A stretch of DNA of 64,000 nucleotides, taken from the NCBI GenBank assembly GCA_002633005.1, contig NMRA01000323.1, positions 141,411 to 205,410 of the forward strand. Reading direction: 5' to 3'. Shown one piece after another: positions 1 to 13,400 of the stretch (the stretch's first letter is position 1; the number at the start of each line of letters is the position of its first letter). The position numbers were made by a program, and so were the translations under genes. Source of the stretch: Phoronis australis (lineage: Eukaryota > Animalia > Phoronida). A model generated the notes under the pieces. It saw only the letters and a program-made list of their open reading frames with translations, searched no databases and had not been told where the DNA came from.

Positions 1-1106
1 GGTCTAAATCAGACCATACGTTTTAGTAAATATTACTAAATCACAACTTCAAGTGGTTTTAGGAATGTTCAACTCAGGGCTTGACATCTGCAAGTAAATG
101 CTCGAAAATACGATTAATAGAAAAAAAAGTGAAATACAAGTAGAAAATTGACTTTATTAAATTATTATTTGAATGGCACGGACCTGATTTTTTTTAGTCG
201 TCACTTTTTACTAGACCAAATTTGGGAATACGAGTGGAAAATATGCTGTCACTCATATTTTCGAGCTGGCATTTTTGCCTGCGTCTAGCGTTATAACTCT
301 GAACCTGCACTATGTAGGAGGTCTATGGTTACACACGTACAGCTGCAGCATCAAAAGTTAACAAAACACAACTACATTTGGAAAGGAATTTGTATTTCCT
401 AGCCAGAAAGGCTTTAGTTCAGTAAACAGACAGCAACAAAAGTTTTAGAATTTGATGAAGTATTGTAAAAATTAAAACCAACTCTTGCCAAAACTACCAC
501 ACTGTTTGTCACCTTCACGATGTTCAAAATTTAAGATGCAGCATTCCAGGTATTAGTATTTAAAACAACAATTGACTAATTTTGTCCAAACCGTTTTTAA
601 AATAGTCATGACTACAGATACCTCGAAAATTGTGAAGACAGTAGCAAATAATTCATTTGTCTGGTGAATAATTACAGAATTTGTTATTATTTGAGAAATT
701 TTGTTAAATTTTCAACAATAAGATGTTTTCCAACTTTTTCGAAACAGCTAAAGGCAGCTGCAACCATAAAATTGGCGTTTATAAATTGGTCCTTCACACA
801 AACAAATACAGCAATAAGGTGTAAACTAGAATTAGGTTTTTTCTCCTTTCGTGACTGACTACGAAATAAGAGGGCGACTCGGAACGTCTTCTTCAGTTGG
901 TAAAGTTGACGAGAATTCGGTAATTGTAAATACGCCATATTCATAGCAAAAAATGAGTGCGCTCTGACGGCACAGTGAAAAATGGAAAATTACAATATTT
1001 ATCCATCAACCTACCCATGTCCGAGCAGTAAGGGTAGGACTAAAGGAAACAAAACATTTTACGAGTAGCCTAACTGAAAATATTATGATCGTTGATACTG
1101 ACATAC

Positions 1107-1240
1107 TTTACAAGTTGGATACACGTGACGACAATCCACTTTCCAGTGACACCCCAAAGTCTGGAGGCAGCCAACTCGAAGAAGACTTCACTGTAATCAA
1201 GAACTGTCATCCACATTTGTAACCTATGAGTTGTCTCCTC
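1107..1240 (-). CDS. PEX16: PEX16 coding exon 3 (gene continues beyond the left edge)
   Basis: cacag acceptor; EETTHRLQMWMTVLDYSEVFFELAASRLWGVTGKWIVVTCIQLVK matches PEX16 [36 protein letters not shown]; AA|gtatgt donor, phase 2. Confidence 0.92.
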
Positions 1241-1491
1241 CTGTGAAATCAAAACACGCCAATCCAAGATATGCAATTATGAAATTACAGTTATTAACTT
1301 TCAACCTTCGTGAAGTTTTGCCAGGTTTCACAACATAGCTTAACTTGAACTGCTCCTTGTTTACCCTATGATTTCAAAACTATATTTTTGAATCCTCCAT
1401 AACTAAAAAATCTGAATCCATTACCTAAACATACTTATATCTATAACTATTTTAATTAACTGTACTTGTCACTATAACGAATAAATATAAT

Positions 1492-2899
1492 ACAATAATA
1501 TAATACAACGAGTATAATACAATAAATACCATACACACAATTACTCATAATCACTTGACGGCCATTTTCATGAAAAGAACAATTCTTTGCTTTCAGCAAG
1601 AATTTCTATTAAAAAACTTAAATCACAGGCAACTCCATCTTTGAACTATTTACGGACTAAAAGCAGGAAATGCTGACTGAGATTTTTCACTTTCTGCCAA
1701 GCAATGGCCAAAGAAATTTCAGTCATTAAAAAGTCTATTTCTAAGGTTACGTGTACCCCTAATTAAAAGGTTGTCTTTTTCTTGAAATATCTAAATAACA
1801 AGCAACTGTCAAAACATGAAACAAGGAATCAAGACACATCTATTCACATCATTCACAACGCTGTGCCATTCTGATGGTCACGTGACCATGCGTTTTAGGC
1901 AAAAATGTCGTTTTTTGAAAGGCACTTTGATATTGAGAAAGTCCTTACACCAGCATTCTCCAAATTTTCCATATCAAAACTTTGACAAAAATGGTCAAAA
2001 ACCAGTCTGGGATTTTCCATAGTTGGTGTAACATAATTGTTAATGGTATTTTTTTCGGAAATAGTACATGTAACCTTAAAGCAACGCNGTCGGATCCGTC
2101 CGAAAGTTCACACATGCCGTCCCATTCATGAATGGAACATATGTGCCAAATTTCATGAACGTATGTCAAAGGGTTTTGGAGATAGAGCAGCGGACGCCGG
2201 ACGCCAGACGCCGAACGGACGCCGCCCGGACGGACGGACGGACGGACAGACGGACAGAGATGACGGCATAATGCGTCCACATATAAATATGTGGGCGCAT
2301 AACAATAATATAATACAATGAATATAATACAATAAATACCATACACACAATTACTCATAATCACTTGACGGCCATTTTCATGAAAAGAACAATTCTTTGC
2401 TTTCAGCAAGAATTTCTGTTAAAAAACTTAAATCACAGGCAACTCCATCTTTGAACTATTTACGGACTAAAAGCAGGAAATGCTGACTGAGATTTTTTAC
2501 TTGATGCCAAACAATGGCCAAAGAAATTTCAGTCATTAAAAAGTCTATTTCTAAGGTTACGTTCGGTGTACCCCTAATTAAAAGGTCTTTTTCTTGAAAT
2601 ATCTAAATAACAAGCAACTGTCAAAACATGAAACAAGGAATCAAGACACATCTATTCACATCATTCACAACGCTGTGCCATTCTGATGGTCACGTGACCA
2701 TGCGTTTTAGGCAAAAATGTCATTTTTTGAAAGGCACTTTGATATTGAGAAAGTCCTTACACCAGCATTCTCCAAATTTTCCATATCAAAACTTTGACAA
2801 AAATGGTCAAAAACCAGTCTGGGATTTTCCATAGTTGGTGTAACATAATTGTTAATGGTATTTTTTTCGGAAATAGTACATGTAACCTTAAAGCAACGC
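1492..2899. repeat. About 600-bp near-identical duplication (1492-2087 and 2302-2899) around N at 2088
   Basis: Copies differ by a few SNPs/indels; copy 1 ends exactly at the N. Likely a haplotype assembly artefact. Confidence 0.85.
2089..2301 (-). mobile_element. 5' end of a HINE/DINE-1-like (Helentron-associated) element
   Basis: On -: tatgcgcccacatatttatatgtggacgca hairpin, (GTCC)n microsatellite, then ctctatctccaaaaccc; same family as the copies at 20156 and 33647. Confidence 0.75.
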
Positions 2900-3706
2900 A
2901 TGAATTATTAGTTACGCACAGCCCATATCCCCACTGTTTCAACACATTATCAAAAATCAGAAAAGTGAAGTGATATACACGCTGAAGAGGAGCTGGTATT
3001 CAAAACTTTCAAAAGTGTTAAAAATCGAAATGCCCGAAAGTGGCTCACACGAAGTCAAACTCAACCGAGACGTCCCGAACAACTTGCTTACTAAAGCATA
3101 AATAGAGACGAAAAAGATTTTATAAATGAGATCTGGATATTGAATGTTTGGACAAAATTATAACGAAGGTTGTTAATTACATTTAGTAGATAATCACATT
3201 CCACCTTTCATACCTCACAGTTGGTACATGATAATTGTAGAAATTCTTCACACAATTGGCTAACACGCCGAATTTTAATTTGTCAAATTTCTCAACAAAA
3301 AAATTAGAATTTTTCATGAAAACTGACCATTTTGTCATTTTTAGAGTGGAATAACCTTACAGCAGATGTAGTGAGTGCGCTCATGAACATAATGTTCGGT
3401 TCTCACGATGCCATACAAATTTTTCGATCGATACAGAATCTATTCAACTTGAGAAACCTTACAAACCAAAGACGTGGCTTCAAAAGGAAATCCATGGACC
3501 TATATAAGGATTTTTTGACTGTAGGCTGATGGGACTATATATTGACTGGCTTGTTTGCAGCAAATCCTGACAGTAAACACCATAAAAACCAAGTCAGTAT
3601 ACAGCAGCGCATTTCAGTCCCAAAATACCCACATCCACTGATCTACGCTGTTCCTAACACCAAGTAGATTGATTCTGTCACAAAAAAAAAACAAACAAAC
3701 ACCTAC

Positions 3707-3825
3707 TGTGACCACTTTTGGTTTGATATTATAGGCTGAGCGGAGTATCCCATCATTAACCAGTACCCACAGATTGGACGCACAGTACACCATCTCTGAA
3801 AGCACCCCAGACGACTCCAACCGTC
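3707..3825 (-). CDS. PEX16: PEX16 coding exon 2
   Basis: tttcag acceptor; GRLESSGVLSEMVYCASNLWVLVNDGILRSAYNIKPKVVT matches the PEX16 motif [21 protein letters not shown]; gtaggt donor; phases fit exons 1 and 3. Confidence 0.92.
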
Positions 3826-5270
3826 CTGAAATATCAATTCAAAGCTGCATTGTATAAACCAAAACAACTTGCCTCTTACCATCCCCCTACATAGCAAACG
3901 GGTGATGTTCGTGTTAGGAAGAGCTAGTTTTTACTCCATGAGAGATTCATAAAAATACCAAACAAGCAATCAGGAAGGGAATGGCCATCAATGCCGAACA
4001 GAAATCACTCTCATAGGCAACATGTCACCCGCTCTAGTGTCATAGAGGCGACAAAACTCCCTCACCTACCAATTAATAGTACAAGTCCCGTGTATTTTAA
4101 ATGTTGGTAACCGAATCTAGACAGCAAAATCATTATTTTTAGCATGTCAAAAAACAATTTACACTAACTTAAAAATGATAGAACATTTTTAAGTGTTTAC
4201 TTTCTTTAACTGCAACTCTTTTTGAGTTTTCAAAGTCATGTTTTTCTTTCAGGTATTACAGGTATTACAGGTTTTTCTTCCTTAATTTTTGCAGAATATT
4301 TCACTCTGGTTTACTTGAAGCTTTTATTAAATTATTCAAAGCAGCATTAAACTAGTACTTTTTGTCACAAAACAAATATTGATTTAGGCCATGCTGGTTA
4401 ATAAAACAGGGCAAAATGTAGCTTTAATTCTACTAACCTTTTACAAACAGCGACTCTTCATTAAGCTGTGTTTTTATATTGTCATACATAGCTATAGCTA
4501 TCGTAGTTTGCTAAAATTTTAACATGAAAGAGTGAAGCATCTGGATTTATGCAACGTGTCTCTCCTACTTTACCAAGCACTATAGTATGTTCCATTTCGG
4601 TGACAGTATCAGTCACCTACTTTGAATCTAGACCTTAGTAACGCAAGGAGCAAATTTGTGCGTGAACAAGAGGGGACATATGATACCACCTGTCCCGCGC
4701 AGTGTTAAAAATGCATGCCAGCTTCCGATTGTGGGAACTGAACGAAGGACTGCTTGAAGAAAAAGTTTGATAACGGGAGTATTTGTTCGAATTGGAAGGA
4801 ATTAAGACATCGACGGCCTGCTAAACTAAGGTGTCCCTCTATGCGCATAATAACAAGGTGACTTTCATGTTTTAGCCAGTGTGAAGCATAATTTTCCGAA
4901 AAGGTTTCAGCATATGAAGCGCCTATAGGAGCTACACCATCTCTACTGAGCCAAGTATAGACGGTGGTCACTGTCAGAATGTCACTGCAAACAGAGAGGC
5001 TTACAATTACCTGCTTTTAAAGTGACTTTTGATTTTTTAATCAGCATGAGGCATAATTCGGCTAAAAGCTTTCCGGCGTATGAAGCACGTATAGGAGCTT
5101 CATTGTCAGTCTAATCAGCCTCGGAAATATTGTGATTAGTGTAAACTTCTTTGGTCCTAGACATCAGTTGATGAATTGTTCTGAAACTTTTTTATTGCAC
5201 TGAGTTTCAGTTTCATTCTCCAAAAAAATTCACATTCTGTAAACTAATTGTACCTTATCTTGTTACTAAC

Positions 5271-5397
5271 CAGCAAATAAATACGAAAACATCCGTACTG
5301 TAGACTCTGCCTGCGACATTACATCAGCATGGACAGCAACGTATTTCCGATACCGTTCCAAAACATCCCTCACGCACTGCCTTACGTTGTCGGCCAT
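5271..5397 (-). CDS. PEX16: Peroxisomal membrane protein PEX16, coding exon 1
   Basis: Translates MADNVRQCVRDVLERYRKYVAVHADVMSQAESTVRMFSYLFA-G, resembling the PEX16 N-terminus (human ...[28 protein letters not shown]). Ends at G|gttagt donor, phase 1. Confidence 0.9.
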
Positions 5398-6090
5398 TTT
5401 TCTAGCATGTAAACTTGTAAACAATCGGAAGATGGCGCTTCCTATCAAGGAGACAAAATATTTTCTTTTTTCTGAGATAACTTTGATGAGATAACTACAT
5501 TCCTAACAACTTTGTCGGCGTCAAAGTTTCAGTGTAAACAATGACATTATTTATTAGTGCCAAAAATGATTTTTCTTTGTTCTTGATCGAACAAATCAAC
5601 ATTAAAACGAATTCTTCTCACGAAGGTTATTTGTTTCGTGTGACCTCAAAAGTTCACGTTTGACAAGTGATCGTCGGACTCGCTGTTGCTTCTGAATGTG
5701 AAAGCGAAGTTTTATGAGATTATCCGGGTGATGTTACCTCGTCTATTTTTCCCATTTGCGGTTGGTACTTCATATTTTATTTATACAGTAACGTTGTGCA
5801 TATAGTGTTATGTGTTGTATAGTTATTCAACGACTTTAGCTGAAGCTCTCGGGCTGTAGGCCTATTCGCCCTATTGAGTATTGTATGTCTATAATTTTCT
5901 TGTCACATGTGTCACTTTGTCAGCCACCGCGGTGACAGGCAGCTGAGTCACGTCATCAGATGTTCATCTTGACTCATTTTGTACAATAGATTGACCATTG
6001 TTGACAGAAATGTGAATGAGACTGATATTGAGACTGAAATTTAAGCTTGTATAGTTGTATATTAATTGTTCCTTTTATGGCCATGTGAGT
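5391..6090. promoter_or_regulatory. Putative bidirectional promoter between PEX16 and LARGE
   Basis: Opposed YY1-type motifs (AAAATGGCCG on - overlapping the PEX16 ATG; AAGATGGCG on + at 5429-5437). AP-1/CRE-like TGAGTCACGTCA near 5945. Candidate + strand donor CAT|GTGAGT at 6084/6085 for a non-coding LARGE first exon. TSSs are not directly visible. Confidence 0.4.
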
Positions 6091-6198
6091 ATTTAAACAG
6101 ACACAGAGGCAACCAACCGGTTACCAACCCCCTGTAACAATGTTCCAGGGATATTCCTGGATAGGCAATTACATTGTCCCGGATGCTGCAGGCATTAA

Positions 6199-7882
6199 AG
6201 GAGAATGCCACCGGATTTAATTAGTCTTTTTTACCGTCTTAATCGGTCTATATCCACATCGCCTCTTATACGGTCAACCTCACCTTGCCGAGAGGTGTTG
6301 CGTTAACCTGTGAGGAAGGTGAGAAACGACGCAGCAACGTCAGTGGTTCGTCTTCAGAATGAATTCCGCTATATTGTGGTGCATTGTTCCTGCTTGTCCG
6401 AACTAAGAAGCTGCGAAGAAAGCGGGTATATCGTTTTTCCGACTTTCTTGAGAGCCCGAAATGCTTAGGAAGTGGCTCGCGGTAGTGAAGAATGAAAGGT
6501 ACACTGTTTATAGCAAGTATGAGGCCGTCAAACATCTCCATGTCTGTGGCCGGCATTTCGTCTACAGTGATTTCTCTGACAAATTCCGGCTTACCAAAGA
6601 ACTATCTATACGTTCTGTTGCTTGTGCATGTTCACAGCGCCTCTCTAGTATTTCTTGATCAGCGTATTCTGGTTTGAACTGATGGCATGTGAAGTCTTCG
6701 TCAAATGAGCTCTTGACTGAGTCGGGATTGGCGCCGTGCGAGTTGCCATGTAGAGGTTTATTATTCTGTTTCAAAATGATTTATTCTCATCCTAACCAAT
6801 GCTTATATGAAAGTTCAAACTGAAACCAAGCCTGTTTCATTAGTTACAATTTGTAATGCCTTCGCAGTATTCGTGAGTGCAAATGTTGAGAAGCCAGCAA
6901 TGAATAAACCACTGCATTACCGGCTTTTGATGCCGGCAACAAACGTAATTGATCGGGCACCGAGGCCGTGTGAGCGCATGCTAATTCAGTGTTTGCTGAC
7001 AGAAAGCTGTGGTGAAACAACTACTCGATTTTATGTGCTATGGTCACATGTTAGGGGAATCTTTATTTAGAAATACAAATACATTATTCAAATCATTGTT
7101 ACTGTATAACCTTTGCCTTAACGGTGAGTGAAAGGGGAACCCGACTTCGCGGCCCCCGACATGTAAGTAGATTTTCAGTTTCGTGGCTAATTCTCATAAA
7201 TAATGACGTGCACATTATTTCTTTGGCTCACTATTATATTATAGTCTTTTCGTGTCTGCGAGGTTTAGTTTCCAACTAAAGCTGGTTTATGTTCGTGCCA
7301 GTCACGGCGGCCGCGACGGGCTTGATCGGGTTCCGAGCCTCTGGCCGGGATAACGAGTCAGTTCGGCCGTGACGCCGGGCCTAGTGATCAGGTTCCGAGC
7401 CACTGGTCGGGATAACAAGCGTTTTGTGTATTTAGAACACAGATCTAGGTTCTCCTGTCTGTATTTTATGGAAGAATTCTTCGAATTTATCTGCGAACAG
7501 ACCCCAAACTCCTGCTACGGACCTTGGTAAATTGGCCTGCCAGACTTTGTAGGCTACGGTGTGTCCAATTACCAGTAAATCCATAACAGCGAAATAAAAC
7601 AACACATTTTTATAAGAACTCAGTTTATTTTTAAGGTTTTACATCGAAGTTTGATTATTTATTGGTGTTAAACGTTGAATTCAAGCGATAAGCTGACACC
7701 ACTAATCCGTGTTGTGAACTGCTGAACAGACTGCGTGTGAAACCAATTACGTCATTGGATAATTTCGAAACCTCCGTCTGCCGTCAGGTGTCAGGTAACG
7801 CAACCGAACGTGCCGTTATTGAGTAGAACTACTCTATCTAAATTGATACAAAACAGGTTGTGTTTTTAGGTGGCATTCTCCT
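6199..7882 (+). mobile_element. Kolobok-like non-autonomous DNA transposon
   Basis: TTAA on both sides (6195-6198, 7883-7886). Perfect 14-bp TIR AGGAGAATGCCACC / GGTGGCATTCTCCT with AG...CT termini. Internal THAP remnant. Confidence 0.8.
6359..6658 (+). pseudogene. Decayed THAP zinc-finger domain of a transposase
   Basis: MNSAILWCIVPACPN*EAAKKAGISFFRLS*EPEMLRKWLAVVKN...HVCGRHFVYSDF: C-x4-C, W and C-x2-H-F THAP signature with two in-frame stops. Confidence 0.8.
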
Positions 7883-8136
7883 TTAATATTCTGCGAAGGC
7901 AATTTAGAATCATCATCCAATAAGATCTATGCAATCACTGCCATCGGACAATGTTTCTGAGACACTGAGGGCATTCTCAACACTGTTAAAAGACTTAAAA
8001 AAAGGAAAAAAACCGTCTTCGGTAATAAATGGTATCTGATAGTGGTTGGATTTTACGGTACTTTTCTAGCAAGATGCAAGCTAGGTCTGACATCAGGTGA
8101 TGACATCAACATGACTCAAAGTTTAATAACCATTCG

Positions 8137-8303
8137 CAGGGCTGGGAATTTTCCTTTCCTCTTATTTGGTATCCAATTTCCCTTTTTTCAATTCTTTTTA
8201 TCATTATTTTGACTTTATTCATGCAAAAACGTTACAGTTAAATTTTACAATACAAATGTTCTACCACACAAGCCTATTTATTTGTGGTACAATACACCAG
8301 CTG
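8137..8303. mobile_element. Truncated copy of the same hAT-like MITE
   Basis: Starts CAGGGCTGGGAATTTT and aligns to 36985-37180, then runs into a minisatellite. Confidence 0.55.
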
Positions 8304-8519
8304 TTATTCTGTAGTCATGAACTGGTTCTCAAAGTTTCAAAGTTTGAGAACCGTTTATTCCCTGCTATTCATAGTCATGAACTGGTTCTCAAAGTTTCAA
8401 AGTTTGAGAACCGTTTATTCCCTGCTATTCATAGTCATGAACTGGTTCTCAAAGTTTCAAAGTTTGAGAACCGTTTATTCCCTGCTATTCTTAGTCATGA
8501 ACTGGTTCCCAAAGTTTCA
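8301..8519. repeat. 60-bp minisatellite, about 3.6 copies
   Basis: Unit tagtcatgaactggttctcaaagtttcaaagtttgagaaccgtttattccctgctattca, nearly identical copies. Confidence 0.95.
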
Positions 8520-10186
8520 GTTAGTTTGGTGATTGAATTTAACTTGTAGCCTTAGGCTCTGCCCCTTTAACAAATTATTCAACAGTTGTCCTATTCTGAT
8601 ATCCATTGTGAATTGTGTAAAGAGATGTCCATTGGTCTCTCAAGGGTGAGGTACTACTGAAGCATGGGATCTTCCAATAGAAATCACTGCATTCAGATAA
8701 ATCACATGTGGCCTGTATTCCCTTGCCCACAAACACCTTTCTATTCAGGTATTAAAAAGAGGGATGTTTATTCAGTACCACCACCACTGACAGAATTTCC
8801 AGTTCCCCATTGTATTATTGGTCTATGGTAATATCGGTCCAATTTCGGACAAAAATAATCGTCAAAAGTTCCCTTTTCCATTTTTCAAGGGGTCCTGCCA
8901 TTGCCGTGAATACCCGCACTTTTTCGAAACATTGTTTGAAGATAGTTTTGGTGCAAAACTTGAGCTCGGGAAACCGTTTAATTTGATGTGAAAATGATGA
9001 AATAAAAGTTTACCATATTGTGCCCAAATTGGTGAGGTTGTACCAAGGTTTTGTAAAGGTGAGGTGAACCAAGTCGGACAAAAAGAAGTTATCATGTCTT
9101 ACTCTGTTTTTCAATTTCTATTGGTCTGCATTTCAACTCTTTTAGTTATGTAGGGCTCAATGCTTATGTAACATAACACTAGCTCATCAAATGTGACTTG
9201 GAGTTAGGTCGCCAAAATAAAAAACCTCCGCGTACAATGATGTGAAAGTCTGCCCCCCTAAAAGCTTCATACTTTGACAGCAGTCAAAAATTATATAAAA
9301 GATGACGAAATGACTTCTTCTTTAAGTGAGGTACCATACTGCGAAAATGTGTTTTTTTTTCTTGCTTATTGGGATGGACAATTGAAAGTATGTTGTGTGC
9401 GCCGCACCTGTCAATTTCGTTCTTAAGGGTCCACTATTCAGCATAGGCTTATCTCCCACAAAGGAGAAGCAGACGATCAGGTCATATTGTCAGCGCATGA
9501 GTCATGAACAGACTTTTCTGGTTTTTGCTGAACAAACACGATTCCAATCTGTTTCCTACATGTAATATTTTTAGCATGCACATGGATTTGTGCCTGGAGA
9601 CATTGTGGTAACTCGGATTTTGTATCAGGTCGCAAATGAAATCTGAGGGCGACCTGCACGAGGCAAAATACAACCGAATCGAGCCCAGATGTCCATCTGA
9701 ATGAGAAATGACAAACTGATCTTCACGCAAATTAGAAATAAGCACAGAAATGATGAACAACTGTGGGGCAAATGCATTGTGGGTAAATATGGCAGAAACA
9801 GAGAGGGGGCTGTTGAATTCAGTCTATGAAGTAGCAATTCATGTATAAATGTATAAATTGAAAGTAGTATCAGTGGGTTGGTCATAAAATTACAATGTCA
9901 CTGATGGTAATTGACAGCACTTTCAGTAATTTTTTTTTTGAGGAAATAAATTCACTTGGAAGAGAAGTATTGTGATTGACGTTTTAGCTTCAAGTGCTGT
10001 ATTTGCTCATTCCCTAATAACCAGAGTAAAAGTTTTCATTGTGGGATTATTTCTCCCACTGAGTATTAATTAATCAGTAGGGACATCTGTGCTCCAGTAT
10101 AAAGCCACACACAAGCACACACACACCCACCCACTGATGGACAGTGATCACCATAAGTGTACACATGTTGACTGATCTGTGACCTG

Positions 10187-10434
10187 GGGTCTGTTCCAAG
10201 AAACTGACTGAAGTTCATTTTTTACATAAGTTTAAGATTTGCCTTAACTTCCAAAGTTTGAAACTTCCGCATTGGGTAAGTTATTCAAAATTAAGACAAA
10301 ATTAATGTCAAACACTTAAGTCAAACTTGAGATCTCTTATTTGAATTGGTTTTGAGACAAATTTAACTTTTACTTTAAAATTTACTAAAATTTAAGATTT
10401 GTCTTAGCTAAGTCGGATTTGTTGGAACGGGTCC
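10187..10434. mobile_element. Harbinger-like MITE with CTG target duplication
   Basis: CTG|GGGTCTGTTCCAA ... TTGGAACGGGTCC|CTG; internal taagatttg(c/t)ctta repeats. Confidence 0.5.
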
Positions 10435-13400
10435 CTGGTCTGACCATTGTTTGCTTTTGGCAATCGGTTTCATGCGTCTGGGCTTGGAAATGTATATTGT
10501 GTACAACTCTTACTTTCCCAGACAGTTAGACCAAACTTTCATGTTTGTTTACCAAGTGTCAAAGTGTTGGCATTGTGCCATTCTAGCATGTTACATAAAC
10601 TTTGGCCTGATCTTCATTCACAGCTCAAGAAACCCCCAGAGCTTGGTTGTTTCAAACATTATGGTGACGTACAGTTTCACTGTAAATGCCATAGTAACAT
10701 TGCTAAAAACTTTGCATCCAGTGAAATACTTGCCGTAACTGTAGCACTTGTGGTTACATTTGCAGTTGTTAGTTTTTTGAATGGGTGTAATAAATTGCTT
10801 TTTCTGCTTGCACTTCAGATTCTCATTTTTCTTTGTACCACTCACCAGTCGGTTGTACCCCCCCCCCCCCNCCCTTCTCCCAGTATGTTTTTGGTTCAGG
10901 GGTTTATTTTCAAAATGCTAAAGTTTTGCTTTCAGCATTGCATATTAGACTTAGGGTATCTGCTACTGACAGGACATCTGTGAGGTTGTAGGAGCTAATA
11001 AAAGTGCACTCTAGCTGACCAGGCTGTACTATTGAAATATGTAAATGTCCGAATCCTTTTATTCCATTGCAGAAGTTGCATTTCTTGAACTCTGTCCATT
11101 TTTCGTTGCCACAGAAAATCAGGGTCTCCAATTTTCCAGTTTCACAAAAATGCAGCCAAGTTTTCGCCCGTTTCATGCTTTTGTATGTGCATCTAAAATG
11201 GAGCAGCAGTGACACCTGTTGCCAAAATATGAACCACACATCATCTGTGCATTTTTCTTTTGTTGGTAACTGCAGCTTTGATGACTCATTGTACAGAATA
11301 TAAAGCTAGTGAAGTTGATATAATAAACTTTATAACAGAATTTGACTTGAGATGACCAAAAACAGTGCACTCATCGTTCAACCAATATCTGTAATATCTG
11401 TAATACCTGTTTGGTAAGCTTTTTGGCTGTTTTCGTAAATTTAAACATAAAANTAGCCTGGATTTTAGATTTATGGTAGCGCCCCCACACCTATTGCATG
11501 GATTATAAACCCCTACAAATCTCAAGGCCATTACTCAATGTTTTGAAGCATGTAATCAAAATCTGAAGTGTTATACATGCTCTGAAACCATGTCTTGATG
11601 ATCAAGTTTCCTCTAATAAATAGCTGGCATTCATATCTTTTAAAAAAAAAAAAAACAGGAAAAGTGTTTTACTATAGATATTTTTCCTGTGCTTGCCACA
11701 AATTGCGGTCTTTCAATGCAGAAGAGATTATGTTAAGTGAAGCAGTCCATGGTTTCTAGAAACTTAAAACTCGTCACGACAAGTTGATCATAGACTTCCT
11801 TGAACATCGCTTTGAAGTGTTAATCCGTGAGATCATTAGGAAGGAGATTGTTCCTGTTGAATCTAGAAGCTCAGGTATATTGAAGTATTGATTTGACAAC
11901 TTCCTTTCAGCTGAAGTTGTGAAGCAAGTGTCTGTCGAGAGAATAGTGGCACTGGTGGCTTCAGATCGTTGTTCTTTTCTGAAGCATTTGCAGGTGAAAA
12001 CTTTGTGCGTTTGTTTGGCGAATCTCAGTGGATTCTTTTATTTTTTGTTAAGGATACAGATTGCTTTTTTATTTGAAAGGCATTACGGTATGTTTAATGT
12101 AAGACCTTACCGATTTAGGGCTCAGTGTTATAAAATTATAAAAATATTTTTTTTCTTTTAAAAACTCTAGCTATGGTAAAATGTCACCAATTTCAGGCAA
12201 AAACGATTGTAAAATTTTCATTTTTATATCATGGTCTTTTACCATGTTTGTTTCAAAATGTATGGAAAAGGGAAAATTTTAATCATGCACCTCATGGTGT
12301 CTCAACTTTCTACAAATTTATTGCATTACAGTGTTCCACTGTCATGATAGACAATGTAAGTTAGAGTATTTAGTTTCATGATCCTTGTGAATTAAATGAC
12401 TATCTATATTTCAAGGGCAGTTGTAGTGTTGAGAGTTGAACTTTTATGATGATAAATTGTAAATTGTGTAAGGGGTCCAAGGTCTATATTCAATATACAT
12501 TTGTGATTCTTGCTTCTTTAGTATTTGAGTGACATTTCCTGACCATTTGTAAATCTTGCCTTGATCTTTCTTGTGACTTTTTAATGAAGGTGAAGACATG
12601 CTAAAGGACATTATCGGTTTTATGAAAGACAAATGTATTTTGGGGTTCGGTGTTGAATGGGATAGATTGAAAGTTGCTTACTTAATGAGAGCTGTAAAAC
12701 AAACCCATCATGTTGTATGATTTGATTACAATTCGCTGATTCAAGAATTGTAACTTAACCAGTTAAATAAGCTTAATACTTTGCCATTTATCAAGTGGGA
12801 TTCACATCTGCCACTGACCAAAGCATTAGACTGCAATAGCAGGAGTTGCAAGTTTGATTCAGCTCTTCAGGCAAATCTGTTCAAAATCAGTTTTCTTGTG
12901 GGTAATGCTCCTTAAGTATCATTCCAGTTGAAGCCCCTAGACTTGAACTTCTGAAAGCAAATAAATGTTTTGATTTCTTTTCAGTATTCTGAAGGGTGCT
13001 TCTACTGACCATGAACAAAAGGTAAATGTTTGCTCAATAGTCTTGTTCATCCAAACTTCCTTATGTTGTTCTACATTGAATATTGTTTTCTTATTGGTTT
13101 CATTTCCCCTGTTAAATTTGATCATTACTCACTGTCACCATTGTAAGGCAGAGCTTCATCAGAGTCCCTCCTGTTGCTAGTATCCTGTTTTCTAAAAGTT
13201 ACTTTTGTCGTTGTTTATAATTACTGAGCTGTATTGTTATGCTGTGTGTTGAAGTTGGCTGAATTTGGTGCAGGTGGGCACAGGTTTCAAAATGATTGGC
13301 GATACAGACCCATACAAACGTGCTGATTTCAGCCTAAACTGCCAAGTTTTGGAGGGCGTTGGCAAGCCTTCGATTTTCTGAGACGTGTCGAACCTGTGGA

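Noticed and set aside
687-944. ORF containing KTFRVALLFR as a possible PEX16 exon 4
   Set aside because: No acceptor gives the required phase after the AA| end of exon 3, there is no pyrimidine tract, and downstream residues do not resemble PEX16.
2981-3010. Hammerhead ribozyme-like CTGAAGA motif
   Set aside because: Lacks the GAAA core and convincing stems.
8166-8549. Repetitive ORFs and CRISPR-like palindromic repeats
   Set aside because: Units are identical end to end with no unique spacers; eukaryotic context with no cas genes. It is a minisatellite.
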